NCBI GenBank assembly: GCA_030390025.1
Contig: CM059431.1
Location: forward strand, 136,092,001-136,156,000
From: Squalus acanthias
Lineage: Eukaryota
Reading direction: 5' to 3'
DNA: 64,000 nucleotides
Shown here: one piece after another, positions 13,211 through 24,949 of the stretch
Layout: every line of letters starts with the position of its first letter
Position numbering within the stretch: position 1 is the first letter of the stretch
The notes under the pieces: generated by a model
What the model was told of the DNA's origin: nothing
Database searches by the model: none
What the model saw: the letters and a program-made list of their open reading frames with translations, nothing else
Translations under genes and position numbers: made by a program

Positions 13211-13340
13211 CTTTTGGTCATCTCCTCTAATACCTTCTTATTGCTTGGTGTCAAATTTTGCTTGATAACACTCCTGTGAACACCGTGGGACGTTTTACTA
13301 CGTTAAAGGCGCCATATAAATACAAGTTGCTTTGTTGTTG
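13211..13340 (+). mobile_element. L2 LINE 3' UTR/tail (resumes the L2 interrupted at 4832)
   Basis: CTTTTGGTCA...CTCCTGTGAA..GGGACGTTTTACTACGTTAAAGGCGCCATATAAATACAAGTTG(TTG)n. The same tail type is seen on the SINE at about 22250-22300 and, inverted, at 35415. Confidence 0.7.
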
Positions 13341-13879
13341 TCACACACGTTTCATTGTGCACAGGCACATCTTCCTGTGCATGTTTCAGCCATGTACAGA
13401 CCGATTTCAGCCATGTACAGGTATGTTTCACCATGTACAGACCCGTTTCAGTCGTGCAATATGCACGTCTCTGCCATGCACAGTCACGTCTTGGCCTTTC
13501 ACCTTGCACCTTGCACAGGCATGTTTTACCATCCACGTTTCGGCCCTGTGCAGGCACATTTCAGCTGTGTAACAGGCACGTTTCGAGCCAGCAACAGGCA
13601 TGTTTCGCCGTGCACAAGCACATCTTTTCCTTCTGATCCTAGAGACTGCAGTTATATGCAGACAAACCTTTGAATATGTATTTGTCTGCACACTGCTTAC
13701 CAGAAATAGACTGATGCACATTTGGTCATGGGTCGTTCTTCTCAAGAGCAGTGATGTGTTGTTTTCTGAAATAATGTTTCTTTGAACATTCATTCGACCT
13801 GAATTCATTTTTAAAAAGAATAAATAAAAGTTACACAACTTTCATCCTGGGGATTGTTAGCAATTTGACAAACTTTTGT

Positions 13880-14340
13880 ACTCAGATTTCTGCATATGTC
13901 CTACACTGGTTTCTGTATATGTTGTTCACCACTTTCTGTGTATGTTGTACATAGCTTTCAGCATATGTTGTGCACAAGTTTCTGTAGATGTGCACAAGTT
14001 TCTGCACGTGTTGTGCACAAGTTTCTGCACGTGTTGTGCACAAGTTTCTGCACGTGTTGTGCACAAGTTTCTGCACGTGTTGTGCACAAGTTTCTGCACG
14101 TGTTGTGCACAAGTTTCTGCACGTGTTGTGCACAAGTTTCTGCATGTGTTGTGCACAAGTTTCTGTAGATGTGCACAAGTTTCTGCACGTGTTGTGCACA
14201 AGTTTCTGCACGTGTTGTGCACAAGTTTCTGCACGTGTTGTGCACAAGTTTCTGCACGTGTTGTGCACAAGTTTCTGTAGATGTGCACAAGTTTCTGCAC
14301 GTGTTGTGCACAAGTGTCTGTATATGTTGTACACAGCTTT
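13880..14340. repeat. 23-bp minisatellite (GTTGTGCACAAGTTTCTGCACGT), about 15 near-perfect copies with decayed flanks
   Basis: Period 23 (13991 to 14014). Three shorter GTAGAT variant units are interspersed. Confidence 0.95.
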
Positions 14341-14919
14341 CTTTATATGTTGCCTTTAACCAGATTTATCCCTTGTGTTTCTCTCTCCTTCTGCCCTTCT
14401 TTCCTCTGCTCCTGACTACTCATCCTCCGTTGTTTGTAAATGAATATTGGGCTTCCATGTCCTACTTTCACCTGGAAAATCACAGGCAAAGCGAAAGTAC
14501 CTTTCTGCTGAACAGTCTACCATCTTTATGCTTTCCCAGACTTCCAGTAGTCTAAGTTTCTAAAGGAATAAAGGTGACTCTTTTTATCTTCAAGGTGCGT
14601 GAGAGACGGCTTTTCAGTGTAACCATGGTAACTACTGTCAGTGCATATTTAAAATAATAACAAACTATCTCTTCAAAGGAGACTCTCCTTAAAATAAATC
14701 GGGTAGAACCAAGGCTTTAAACTGTGTACTGATGTCCACAGTGAAACCAAATTAGTAATCTTTGACCTTTTGAGCTGTGTGAATAGGAAGTGATTATTTT
14801 GGGATTGTTGTGTGATGTGGAGTTATGGCGTTTCTAGAATAGTGGCAGAAGCCACTGAGCCTTCGCAATGTGAGAAATTCTCATCCGAGGGAAGGAAAGT
14901 TTCTGGGAAGTGAATCGTG

Positions 14920-14992
14920 GTGCAGATCTTTGTCGGCCTGTGCGGTCAAGATGGGCCGAAGGGCCTCCTTCTGTGCTGTAAAATTCTATGAC
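14920..14992 (+). mobile_element. CR1 3' tail remnant
   Basis: GATGGGCCGAAGGGCCTCCTTCTGTGCTGTAAAATTCTATGA. Confidence 0.65.
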
Positions 14993-15159
14993 AATAAATG
15001 GTGCACTGGGAGTCGGGCGTAAGCTCGGATTCCCAGTTAGAGAAAGCATTTTGAAAATGGTTGTACACTCATGAAAACAATGTGAATTCAGTGGTGGGGT
15101 CAGTGACTAATGTACTTCCCCTGGAATCCTTGATGGTTGACTAATATCTGAAACGATTT

Positions 15160-15440
15160 GTTTGTGGGATGTTGGCGACATGTTGCCCATTCCTCGTGCC
15201 CTAAGGTGATGGCAGGCCTTCTCCTTGAACCTTTGTGGTGATGGTGCTCCCACAATGGAATTAGGTGGAGCATTCCAGGATATTGACTGAACTAGTGATG
15301 GAACAGTGCTATATATTGAAGTCAGGATGTTCTGTGACTTGGAGGTAATGACTTTGTTGCTCGTCTTTCTCAGTGGTAGAGGATGAAGATAAAGGAAATG
15401 CTGTTGAAGTAAGCTTGGTCCATCCTGTAGATTGTACATA
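15160..15440 (-). mobile_element. Degraded LINE 3' fragment (shark HER1-like, CR1/L2 group)
   Basis: The minus-strand translation resembles a LINE ORF2 C-terminus (...SISWNAPPNSIVGAPSPQRFKEKACHHL, cf. WNSLP...FK...HL). The family label comes from recall only. Confidence 0.5.
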
Positions 15441-15794
15441 AATCAGTCCCACAAAAGGGAGCTGAAGAGGTTTCTGAGTGTGAGTTTGTAGATCACCAGT
15501 GACTGGTCTTATAGTTATTGCAGGTTTCTGGAGCTTCATCACTTCCCAGAGTTTTTTCCTAAACTTTTGCTTTTCCCAGAGAATTTGGGCACAATTGGGA
15601 GGACGGGGTTGTTAATACTTGTAGGCTCCTGCCTTTCCGGTCCCAGATTTTCATACCCTATCAATTCCGATTTCCCAACTCATGGAATTTTCATACCTAT
15701 TCTGCTTCTGAGTTTCATACTTCTGATTCTCTCCCTCTCTCCATTTTTGCACCACTTCCACTCCAGATTTTCACACATCTCCTTAGTTTTTAAA

Positions 15795-15978
15795 TCTCTC
15801 CCACTCTGATCCTCACACCTCACTCTGATCCCCACACCTCTCCCACTCTGACCCTCGCAGCTCTCCCACTCTGACCCTCGCAGCTCTCCCACTCTGACCC
15901 TCGCAGCTCTCCCACTCTGACCCTCGCAGCTCTCCCACTCTGACCCTCGCACCTCTCCCACTCTGATCCTCGCACCTC
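15795..15978. repeat. 23-bp pyrimidine-rich minisatellite (CTCTCCCACTCTGACCCTCGCAG), about 7 copies
   Basis: Direct tandem repetition visible at 15838-15978. Confidence 0.92.
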
Positions 15979-16814
15979 CTGCTTTTGACCTTTACCTCTC
16001 CTGCCGCTGCCTACACCATAGCTGCAGGTTCTCCGACTGTCACTCTTGTTCCTGCTGCATCTGCAGTACGGGAAGGATCCTGTGTGTCAGTGATTGAAGC
16101 AAGTGTCTGAAGGTATTCACTGCAATCAGAAAGGAAGCACAAGTTTGCCTCCAGAACTTTAGCATGGGCACACACTGCATGCGTGCTTATAACCTCGGCT
16201 ACATCCAGCCTACCCCTAGTTACCACTTTCTATCTCTTTTATATTTTTACAGTTTTACCTGTTTGGCCTAGAAGGAATTTTGGTTTAATTTGCATTATGC
16301 TGTTGCTATGAAGTTAGATTCAGTTCCCAAAAGGTTAACTCCCAGACACACAAGCTATCTGAGATGTTTTAAGACAAATTAGTTGAAATGCCAGATGAAT
16401 CAGCCAGCAAAAATATGAACTCTTGCTTATCATACAAGTTTTGAGACAATGGGGAGTCATCCAGCATATCCTCCAACAGTTTTCATCTTTTATGTTGGAA
16501 TGGTTTTCATTCAATATGCTGAGCAGAGGAGTTAGCTTAACAGAAAATTAAGTTCTCATAGCTCCCACACCAAGGGAGGGGCAGTATTTTATTCAAGATG
16601 GCAGCTTTGATTGGCAGCTTGGCAGGCTAATCGTCCACATTGTGAGCTGAGGGAAGGGTTAGCAGTCAGTCTTTATATCTGTACAAGCCAGTCTCCAGTA
16701 GATTTTGAATCTGGAACAGTGAGAGTGGCAGCAGTCTTGCCCTCTCCAGCCAGGATGCGGCCCCCTGTAAGAGTAAAGTTAGTGGCAATTAGTTCAGGAA
16801 GTCATAATTCAGGC

Positions 16815-18303
16815 TTGCCATAATTTTCCAATCTTCCCTAGATGCGGGGGAGGTGCCTGAGGATTGGAAAGTGGCAAATGTGACATTTTTCAAGAAAGGG
16901 TGTAAGGATAATCCTAATAACTACAGGCCGGACAGTTTAACATCAGTGGTGGGTAAAGTTTTAGAAACAATAATCAAGGAAAAAATTAACGGACACTTGG
17001 AGAGGTTTAAGCTAATTAAGGAGAGCCAACATGGATTTGTAAAAGGCAAATCGTGTTTGACTAATCTAATTGAATTTTTTGATGAAGTAACAGGGAGGAT
17101 TGATGAAGGGAATGCAATGGATGTTGTCTACATGGATTTTCGGAAGGCGTTTGACAAAGTATCACATAGAAGGCTGGTTAACAAAATTGAGGCTCATGGA
17201 ATAGGTGGGTCAGTGGCAGCTTGGATAAGGAATTGGCTTAAGGACAGAAAACAGCGAGTTGTGGTAAATGGCTGTTTTTCAGACTGGAGGATGGTAGACA
17301 GTGGTGTTCCCCAAGGGTCAGTGCTAGGGCCACTGCTTTTTTTGATCTATATAAATGACCTGGATATTGGAATACAGAGTAGAATTTCAAAATTTGCCGA
17401 CGACACCAAACTTGGGGGTGTGGCAAACAGTGAGGATACCAATCGACTGCAACAGGACATAGAAAGGCTAGCAGAATGGGCAGACAAGTGGCAGATGGTA
17501 TTTAATACAGAGAATTGTGAAGTGATGCATTTTGGCAGAAGGAACAGGGAGAGGCAATATACACTTAATGGCACAGTTTTAAAGAGTGTGCAGAGACAGA
17601 GGGACCTGGGAGTTAATGTGCATAGGTCCCTGAAGGTGGTGGGACATATTGAGAGTGGTTAGCAAAGCATATGGGATCTTGGGCTTCATAAATAAAGGTA
17701 CTGAGTACAAAAGTAGAGAAGTTATGCTGAACCTTTATAAAGCGCTGGTTAGGCCACAACTGGAGTATTGCATCCAGTTCTGGTCACCACACTTTAGGAA
17801 GGATGTGAAGGCACTTGAGAGGGTGCAGAGGAGATTTACCAGAATGGTTCCGGGGATGGGGGATCTTAGCTACAAGGACAGGTTGGAGAAGCTGGATTTG
17901 TTTTCATTAGAGCAAAGGAGGTTGAGGGGTGATTTGATAGAAGTGTACAAGATTATTACGGGTTTGGATAGGCTAGACGGGGAAAGGCTGTTCCCACTAG
18001 TTGATGGTACAAGGACTAGGGGACACAGATTTAAGGTTTTGGGCAAGAGATACAGGAGGGATGTGAGGAAAAGTTTTTTTAGCAGCAAGTGGTGAGGACC
18101 TGGAACTCGCTGCCGACGGAAGTGGTGGAAGCGGAGAAACTCAAATGTTTTCAAGGGGAGACTGGATAGGCACTTGAGGGAAATAAACTTGCAGGGCTAC
18201 GGGGATAGAGCGGGGGAATGGGACTAACTGGATTGCTCTACAGAGAGCCGGCACGGACTCGATGGGCCGAATGGCCTCCTTCTGTGCCGTTATGACTCTA
18301 TGA
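16815..18303 (+). mobile_element. 5'-truncated CR1 LINE (RT plus 3' end)
   Basis: ORF 16853-17662 ([35 protein letters not shown]) is frameshifted to 17649-18095. 3' UTR and TATGACTCTATGA tail at about 18290-18303. Confidence 0.92.
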
Positions 18304-19287
18304 AGTGCTGACTAGTTAAGTGAGTTCAGACCATAACTGGGCCAGGTTGTATATTTTGTTACGTTTTATGATGCAAGCGCAATAGGGAATTGTTTGAATC
18401 TCACCAGAAAACTATATTCTGTTCATTCATATATTTTGTGTAAAGTAAATCAGTTTATTTGTTTGCATTTGGCATCATGTGCCATGAGTGGATTCAGATA
18501 TTAGAGTGGAATGGGAGGAATATGTGGGATTATCGTATCTCGCTCACAACAAGAGGTTTTATTGTTGCCCTCCGCAGGTCTCACTCTCATTTTAGCAAAT
18601 ATTGAGCAGTAAAGGTGCGCTCCAGATTGTAGGGGAGGTGAGATCCACTACAGAGTAATCAGTAACTGGGGAGAATACTCAGTGCGGACCCAAAATCTGA
18701 AACACTCCCTGTCCCCATGCGCAGAGCAACTTTCTGCCTCCCCATAATTCAGAGACATTTGTTTCTTCACCTGCCAATCCCCATTCCACGTTTCACCGGG
18801 GGACTCTTTACCCGTTTCTCCCCCCCCCCCCCCCCGCCCTCAGTTCACCGGGAGACCCTTTACCCCTCCGTTTGCCTTCAAATTGAGGGCGGATCGCTGA
18901 ATGATGTTTACCTTAGGCAGTTCTAATGTTAAAAAGGCAAGTGGGGCCTGAGTTCTATACACTTGGGCATAGAATGTAAAAACAAGGACGTGATGTTGCA
19001 ACTGTTCTACATAGGAACAAGAGTAAGCCATTCAGCCCCCTCGAGCCTGTTCCGCAAAGACACAGCGAGAGTATTATGTGCAGTTCCTATACCCAATTAT
19101 AGAAAGGATATTAGAACCTTGGTAAGGATACATTGAAGATTCACTGGAATAATAGCAAGAACGAGAGATTATAGTTACGAAGGGTCAAAAATTTGGGGCA
19201 TTTTACACGGAAACAGAACAGCAGAAGTTTACAGCACAGGAGACTGGTCAATTGTGCTAGCTCTTTGCTCAAGCAATCCAAAACTAA

Positions 19288-19866
19288 CTGTATACTGTAT
19301 TTGCTGCTCACGATGCGGTCTCCTCTACATTGGGGAGACCAAATGCAGATTGGGTGACTGCTTTGCGGAACGCCTCTGTTCAGTCCATAAGGGTTACCCC
19401 GAACTTCCGGTCACCTGTCACTTTAATTCTCCGCTCCATTCCCACTCTGACCTCTCCGTCCTCGGCCTTACACTGTTTCAATGAAGCTCAACGTAAGCTC
19501 GAGGAACAGCACCTCATCTTTCGATTAGGCACTTTAGAGCCTTCTGGACTCAACATTAAGTTTAACAATTTCAGACTATAGCCCCTGCCCCCATTTTTTC
19601 AGGCGGCAACTATTGATGGTGCTGCCATCTCCATTTGCAACATTTAATCTCTCCTGCCTTCCATCCTAGCACAGACCGTCCCTTTTGTTTCTTCCTCCCC
19701 TCCCCCCACCCCTTTCCCTGCCTCTACACCTGCTTAAAACCTGTTACATCCCTAACTTTTTCCAATTCTGACAAAGGGTCACAGACCTGAAACGTTAACT
19801 CTGTTTCTCTCTCCACGGATGCTGCCTGACCTGCTGAGTGTTTCCAGCATTTTCTGTTATTATTTC
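19288..19866 (+). mobile_element. Penelope-like retroelement 3' fragment (GIY-YIG endonuclease plus terminal repeat)
   Basis: VYCICCSRCGLLYIGET..RL...F.E(H), CHFN, then a frameshift to RKLEEQHLIFRLGTL.PSGLN. Followed by a C-rich UTR and a hammerhead-like terminal sequence. Confidence 0.85.
19764..19800 (+). ncRNA. Minimal type-I hammerhead ribozyme motif of a Penelope-like element (probably inactive copy)
   Basis: aatt-CTGACAA-ag-GGTC-aca-GACC-t-GAAA-CGTT-aact. The core CTGANGA has a G>A change. Stem II is GGTC/GACC and stem III is the palindrome ACGT. Confidence 0.6.
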
Positions 19867-19879
19867 AAAACTAACTCCT

Positions 19880-20930
19880 CTCTCTCTCAAGCCTTGTATC
19901 TTTCTCTGCTCCAAATGTTTATCAACTTTTCCCTTAAAACATGCGATGGTCTCTGCCTCAACCACTCTCTGTGGCAAAGCACTCCAGGCTCCAACAATTC
20001 TTTACATAAAGAACTTTCTCCTAACTTCTCTCCTCACCCTCTTAGTGATCATTTTAAATTGATGACCCCTTATCACTGACTCCCTAGCCAGAGGAAATAG
20101 TCTCTCCCTAGTCACTCTATCAAAACCCTTCAACATTTAAAAAAAACTCTATTAAATCTCCTTTGCCTTGCCTTCTCTGCTCCAGTAGAAATAGTCGCAG
20201 TATCTCAAGTCTCCCCTCATGACTATAGTTTTCTGCCCTGGTGAATCTATGTTGAATTCTCTGGCTTCAATGTCTATAATGGGACCCAAAATTACACAGT
20301 GACCTAATCAATGTTTTTCATAAATTCATAATTACTTCTTTACTTTTGTATTCCACACCACTCTTTATAAAACCCAAAATTCTGTTGGCCTAGGTCCCCC
20401 TCAGTCTCTGTTCAGCATCATTCCATTGAGTGTAAACGTACGTCTTTGCTTTTCCTCCAAAATTGAATTACCTCACACTTATCCATATCAAATTGCATCT
20501 TCCACCTGTCTGTCCACCCTGCTAACCTGTCTGTCCACCCCGCTAACCTGTCTGTCCACCCCGCTAACCTGTCTGTCCACCCCGCTAACCTGTCTGTCCA
20601 CCCCGCTAACCTGTCTGTCCACCCCGCTAACCTGTCTGTCCACCCCGCTAACCTGTCTGTCCACCCCGCTAACCTGTCTGTGTCTTGAAGTTATTTACAG
20701 TTTCTTTGCCATTGTGTTTTTGTGTCATCAACTTTTGAGATTGTGTCGCCTAAACCCAAGTTCAAATCATTAAATACAGAGAACATGTGGACCCAGCACT
20801 GACACCTGCAGTGCACCACTTCCAATCCTTCTCCAATCCGAGCACCGCCCATTTACCCTAACTCTTTGTTTCTTGTCCATAAACCAACTTTCTATCCATG
20901 CTGCTACATTTCCTCTTGTACCATAAGCCT
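19880..20930 (-). mobile_element. Highly degraded CR1 fragment
   Basis: Minus-strand W..LPQRVVEAETI..FKGKVDKHL. Decayed GAxQVSVLGP at about 20790-20820. Confidence 0.6.
20502..20682. repeat. 21-bp minisatellite (CCACCCCGCTAACCTGTCTGT), about 8 copies
   Basis: Near-perfect tandem copies inside the decayed CR1. Confidence 0.93.
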
Positions 20931-21853
20931 AAATGCCAATGATGTGCTCAATTATTATTTTGATACATGAATGAACATCATTATACTGGTGCTCAGCTGG
21001 CATCCTGGGAAACCACACAGGTATCATGAACCATATCTGCAAAGAATAGCCTTAATCTTTGAGGAGCCACCACTTACCTTTCTGGGTGAAGCAGTTCGGC
21101 ACGGTTCAGTACCTTTAAAGTCAATGGACCATGGTAACTGACAAGGAAGTGAGCATTCACTTGCATGATGCTGGTCACAAACCAGGTGGAGACTAAGAGA
21201 ATGAAATCCATTCCTCTTGATTTTGGTTGTGGAATTGAACAAGGAGCGTGTCATCAATCTATGACACTTTAGACTATTGTGCTATCTTGCTGCCGTTGGA
21301 TTTCCATGGAGAAGAAGATGAAATTGCTTGCTCTAGCGAACAATACATCTGTGATTTGCTTTCTGCATCTATGCAAAGCTGACTGGAAAAGTTACTTACG
21401 TGCTAAGTAACAGCCTGGAATGATCTTAGAACAAAAGTTAAGAGCAGTTATGATCTTTACAGGCTGTACGGTACCTGGAGTGGAAATGGGCTATGTCCAT
21501 TTGCAGCATGCGCGTAACTCTGAATCTTCAGTGGTAAAGCCTCCATAGGCACTGCTTCTGAGACTACTGGAGGAATGTGTCTTTCTGCCTGGTGTGGGGC
21601 ACTGGTGGGCAGGGCTGCCTGACCAGCCTGGCATAGCTTCATTGCTCTTTCAACAAGCAAAACTTCATGAGAAGATTCTGTGTAAAGGAACTTTGCTCAA
21701 TTGAAAAACTGAGCTGGGTCTATAAATCTGGGTCTTGGAGTGAAGACAGGTGTGTGCATAATATGTTCGTGGGGTAAGGAAGAATATGTATATTATGTGG
21801 GACTGCGGTAAGGATAAGTGTGTACATAATCTAGGGCTGGGGTAAGGAAGAGT

Positions 21854-22312
21854 GTCAGCTGTGGCTCAGTGGGCAACACTCTCGACTCTGAGTCAGAAGG
21901 TTGTGAGTTCAAGCCCCACTCCAGAGACTTGAGCACATAATCCAGGCTTCAGTGCAGTACTGAGGGAGTACTGCATTGTCAGAGGTGCCGTCTTTCGGAT
22001 GAGACGTTAAACCGAGTCCCCGTCTGCTCTCTTAGGTGGACGTAAAAGATCCCATGGCACTATTTCGAAAAAGAGCAGGGGAGTTCTCCCTGGTGTCTTG
22101 GCCAATATTTCTCCCTCAACCAACATAACTAAAACAGATTATCTGGTCATTATCACATTGCTGTTTGTGGGACCTTGCTACGTGCAGATTGACTGCCGGG
22201 TTTCCCTATAATACAACAATGATTACACTTCAAAAGTATTTCATTGGCTGTAAAACATTTTGGGACGTCTTGAGGTCGTGAAAGGCGCTATATGTAAGAA
22301 AGTTTCTTTCTT
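21854..22312 (+). mobile_element. tRNA-derived SINE with a Deu-type central domain and L2-like tail (SacSINE1-like)
   Basis: Pol III A box TGGCTCAGTGG (21862-21872) and B box GTTCAAGCC (21907-21915). Core GCCGTCTTTCGGATGAGACGTTAAACCGAG...AAAAGATCCCATGGCACTATTT. Tail GAAAGGCGCTATAT. Confidence 0.82.
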
Positions 22313-23338
22313 TTTTACATTATATATGGCTAGGGTAAGGACGGACGTGTATATAATGTGGAGCTTGGATAAGGAGAGGTGTGTACATAATGTGTGGTTG
22401 GCATAGAATGGGCACATACACAAGGTACATAATATGGGTTTGGGGTACAGATGGGTAGAGACAGAATCACTCCGGTGTAATTGCATTTAACATTCATGTA
22501 GCTTGTGTGAAATCATCGGCCAAATTGTGCACCATTATTAAAGCTCCAAAGGAATCACCGTCCTGAGATTGGCTTAGGGTCGCCGCTGGGGCAGTGCAGT
22601 GAAAGAAAGTCCCTTCGCACCACATTTCCAGCGATGGGTTGGAGTGCCTGGAATTTCTATGCTGAGTTATTTACCTCATTTAACTGCACCAGATTGGAAT
22701 CCAGATCCCACCTCTAAGTTCAAGTGCTCCAATATGGGTTAATAAATCAAATGCTTGTTCATTTTGTGAACAGTTAGTTAAAGAAAAATGAGCATTTAAC
22801 CATAAAGTTATAAAGAGATCCCATTGTGGAGAATGTTCTCTCCTGTTTAATACAAACAGCTTCTTGCTTTAAAAGGAGTTTCTCCTCATCATTGCAGGAG
22901 ATGCTCAAAGATAAAGCTGGCAATGTAATAACAGGCTCTGAAAACAACGTGCAACCTTTGGAGAGTGCAATCGACTGCTGAAGCGTAATGTAAACTGTTA
23001 GGTAACAGCCACACATTTCAGTTATTTATGATTTTCCACTCTGCCTGCTTTGCTCTGCATATTTTCTTGTTTATTCTCTGGTGTAACAAGTAACCCAACC
23101 ATATTCTGAGCAAGACCAATGGGTCAAAAACCCACAGCCCTTTTGGAAAATTCCCACCACAACTCTGGCAAGAGTGCATCAGAAGGGCCAGAAATTAGGC
23201 CTGGACCCAGATAAACCTGATCCCTGCCTACCCTGAGTAAGCCAGGCCCCGGCCTGACATCAGGATTTTTGTGTGGCCATGTAAACAGCAGAGTGCGCAC
23301 GTGCCTCTTAACAGACAATTGGTGCAGGAGGGATGTCC

Positions 23339-24945
23339 TGTAGAGTTTCGCAATTATCGCGATTCAAAATAACATGAGAGAAGCAGATTCAATTGATCAT
23401 TTTTATTAAACGAAATGCTGTCCTAATAATAAAGGACACAGAAGCCTGTAAAATGGCCGCCGCGCATCGTGGCAGAAGCTTCCAGAGACACAGTGGGCAG
23501 ACAAGATGACGTCGAATATACATTCAGTATGAGATCGTATCATACTCGGTACACATTGAAAAGGCAGGATGCAACCCGTTTGCATCCTGGACAATAGCAA
23601 TGATATAAGTGCTGGAATCGTTTCCTATGCACAGTAAGGATCATTGAACTGGGCCATCGAGAACCCATCTAGACACATCAATACACAAATACCCCCCCGG
23701 CTCAACAATGAGAGAGACATTGGCGGGTGATTAAGCCAGTATTCGGGGGGCCCCAAAACCAGTCGAGGAGACGATTCATACACATCCTGGCTGGCTCAAC
23801 AATGGAGAAGGTATTAACGGATAGTTGGCCAGTTTCAGGTGCCACCGAAACCCGTTAAGAAGATAATCGCCCCATGCTGGGAGTTTTGGGCGCCAAAATC
23901 ACACAAAGAATAAACGTTTAGATATGAGCGGGAGATAAGGCCGACAAAGCAGTATAACTATAGGGGACAAATGTCCATCGGTCTCTTGACTCTCTTGACT
24001 CGGGCTGAACTCTCTTGACTCTTGACTCTTCCTGAAGCTCTGGCTGGACGCTTTTTGACTTTTGACTCTTAGCCGTGCTGGTCGGTTATTCGAGTATTGG
24101 GTGGAGCTCAATCGGAACGAGCCACCTCGACAAGGGCAAGTAACAGGGTACACCATCCCGAGTGTCGGTAAACGGTGTCCGGACCCGGAGGCCTGAGTGA
24201 CGAGAAGAAAGACGAGAAAAAATTCCACGTGCCGCCACGGTCAGTAAACCCCGACCGCGCCCGAAGATATAACGACAGAACTCCTCTTTGAATTCTACCG
24301 ACTTCTACATGTACCGTTTCCTTTGAATTCTACGGATTACTGCACGATCCGGTTTGAATCCATCGATTGCTTCATGACATCAGGGAGTCTGGCTTGCCTT
24401 TCGCGGCAGCGAGAGTAAACAAGTGGGGTGCAGAAACCCTTCCAAACACGTGACAGTCAGGCGCTGCAGCGAAACGAGCTGAGTGCCTCACTTTAAATTT
24501 CCGAAGTGAACCGAGTGGTGAGCATGTTTTCCGATCCTACAAATCCAGACGTAGTTTAGGTATATTGAGGGAGGGTGGTTTTTCTAAGGTTAATGTATAA
24601 TGTGTTCCCCCTTTTACGATGTGTCGTGTGTTCCTCATTTCCATAGACCAAGTTTTATGAACGTGTGTATACTTGTACTCTTTTTGATCTGCGCCTATGA
24701 CATGTATTTCATGATTTTAGACGCCATGCAATAAAGATATTCATTTTGTGCTATTCAACCGGGTCTATTTGAGTTTTTCTCTGCATTACTGCTCCTTGCA
24801 TCTAAGTCCAGTTGTCAGAACCGTAAGGGCGAGTGGGTCGAACCACTCACAGGTGCTTATTGCAAAAAGGCTGGCCGGAGACCAGAGCAAGCAATAGTAT
24901 AGCCAACGAAGGCCTCACCTCGCACCAGTACCGTGACCCCTTACA
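23339..24945 (+). repeat. 5' LTR (about 1.6 kb, TGTA...TACA)
   Basis: Starts TGTAG and ends CTTACA 5 nt before the PBS. TATAA at about 23954 is followed by a CT-rich tract, with AATAAA at about 24730. The 3' boundary is inferred because the 3' LTR covers only the first 863 bp. Confidence 0.75.
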
Positions 24946-24949
24946 GAAA

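Noticed and set aside
13876..14359. Cys/His-rich ORFs in all frames
   Set aside because: Translations of the 23-bp minisatellite.
21078..21680. Possible minus-strand host exons (21078-21192 with ttctcttag / AAG|GTAAGT; about 21476-21677)
   Set aside because: Splice-like signals are present but there is no recognisable protein similarity or consistent multi-exon frame. RNA-seq would be needed.
21854..21925. tRNA gene
   Set aside because: The A and B boxes belong to a SINE head that continues into a Deu core and LINE-like tail.
23325..23333. CAGGAGGGA upstream of the 5' LTR, identical to the PPT before the 3' LTR
   Set aside because: Only 9 bp and offset by 4 nt. Sequence further upstream does not match the element's internal region, so a tandem provirus is not supported and chance is likely.
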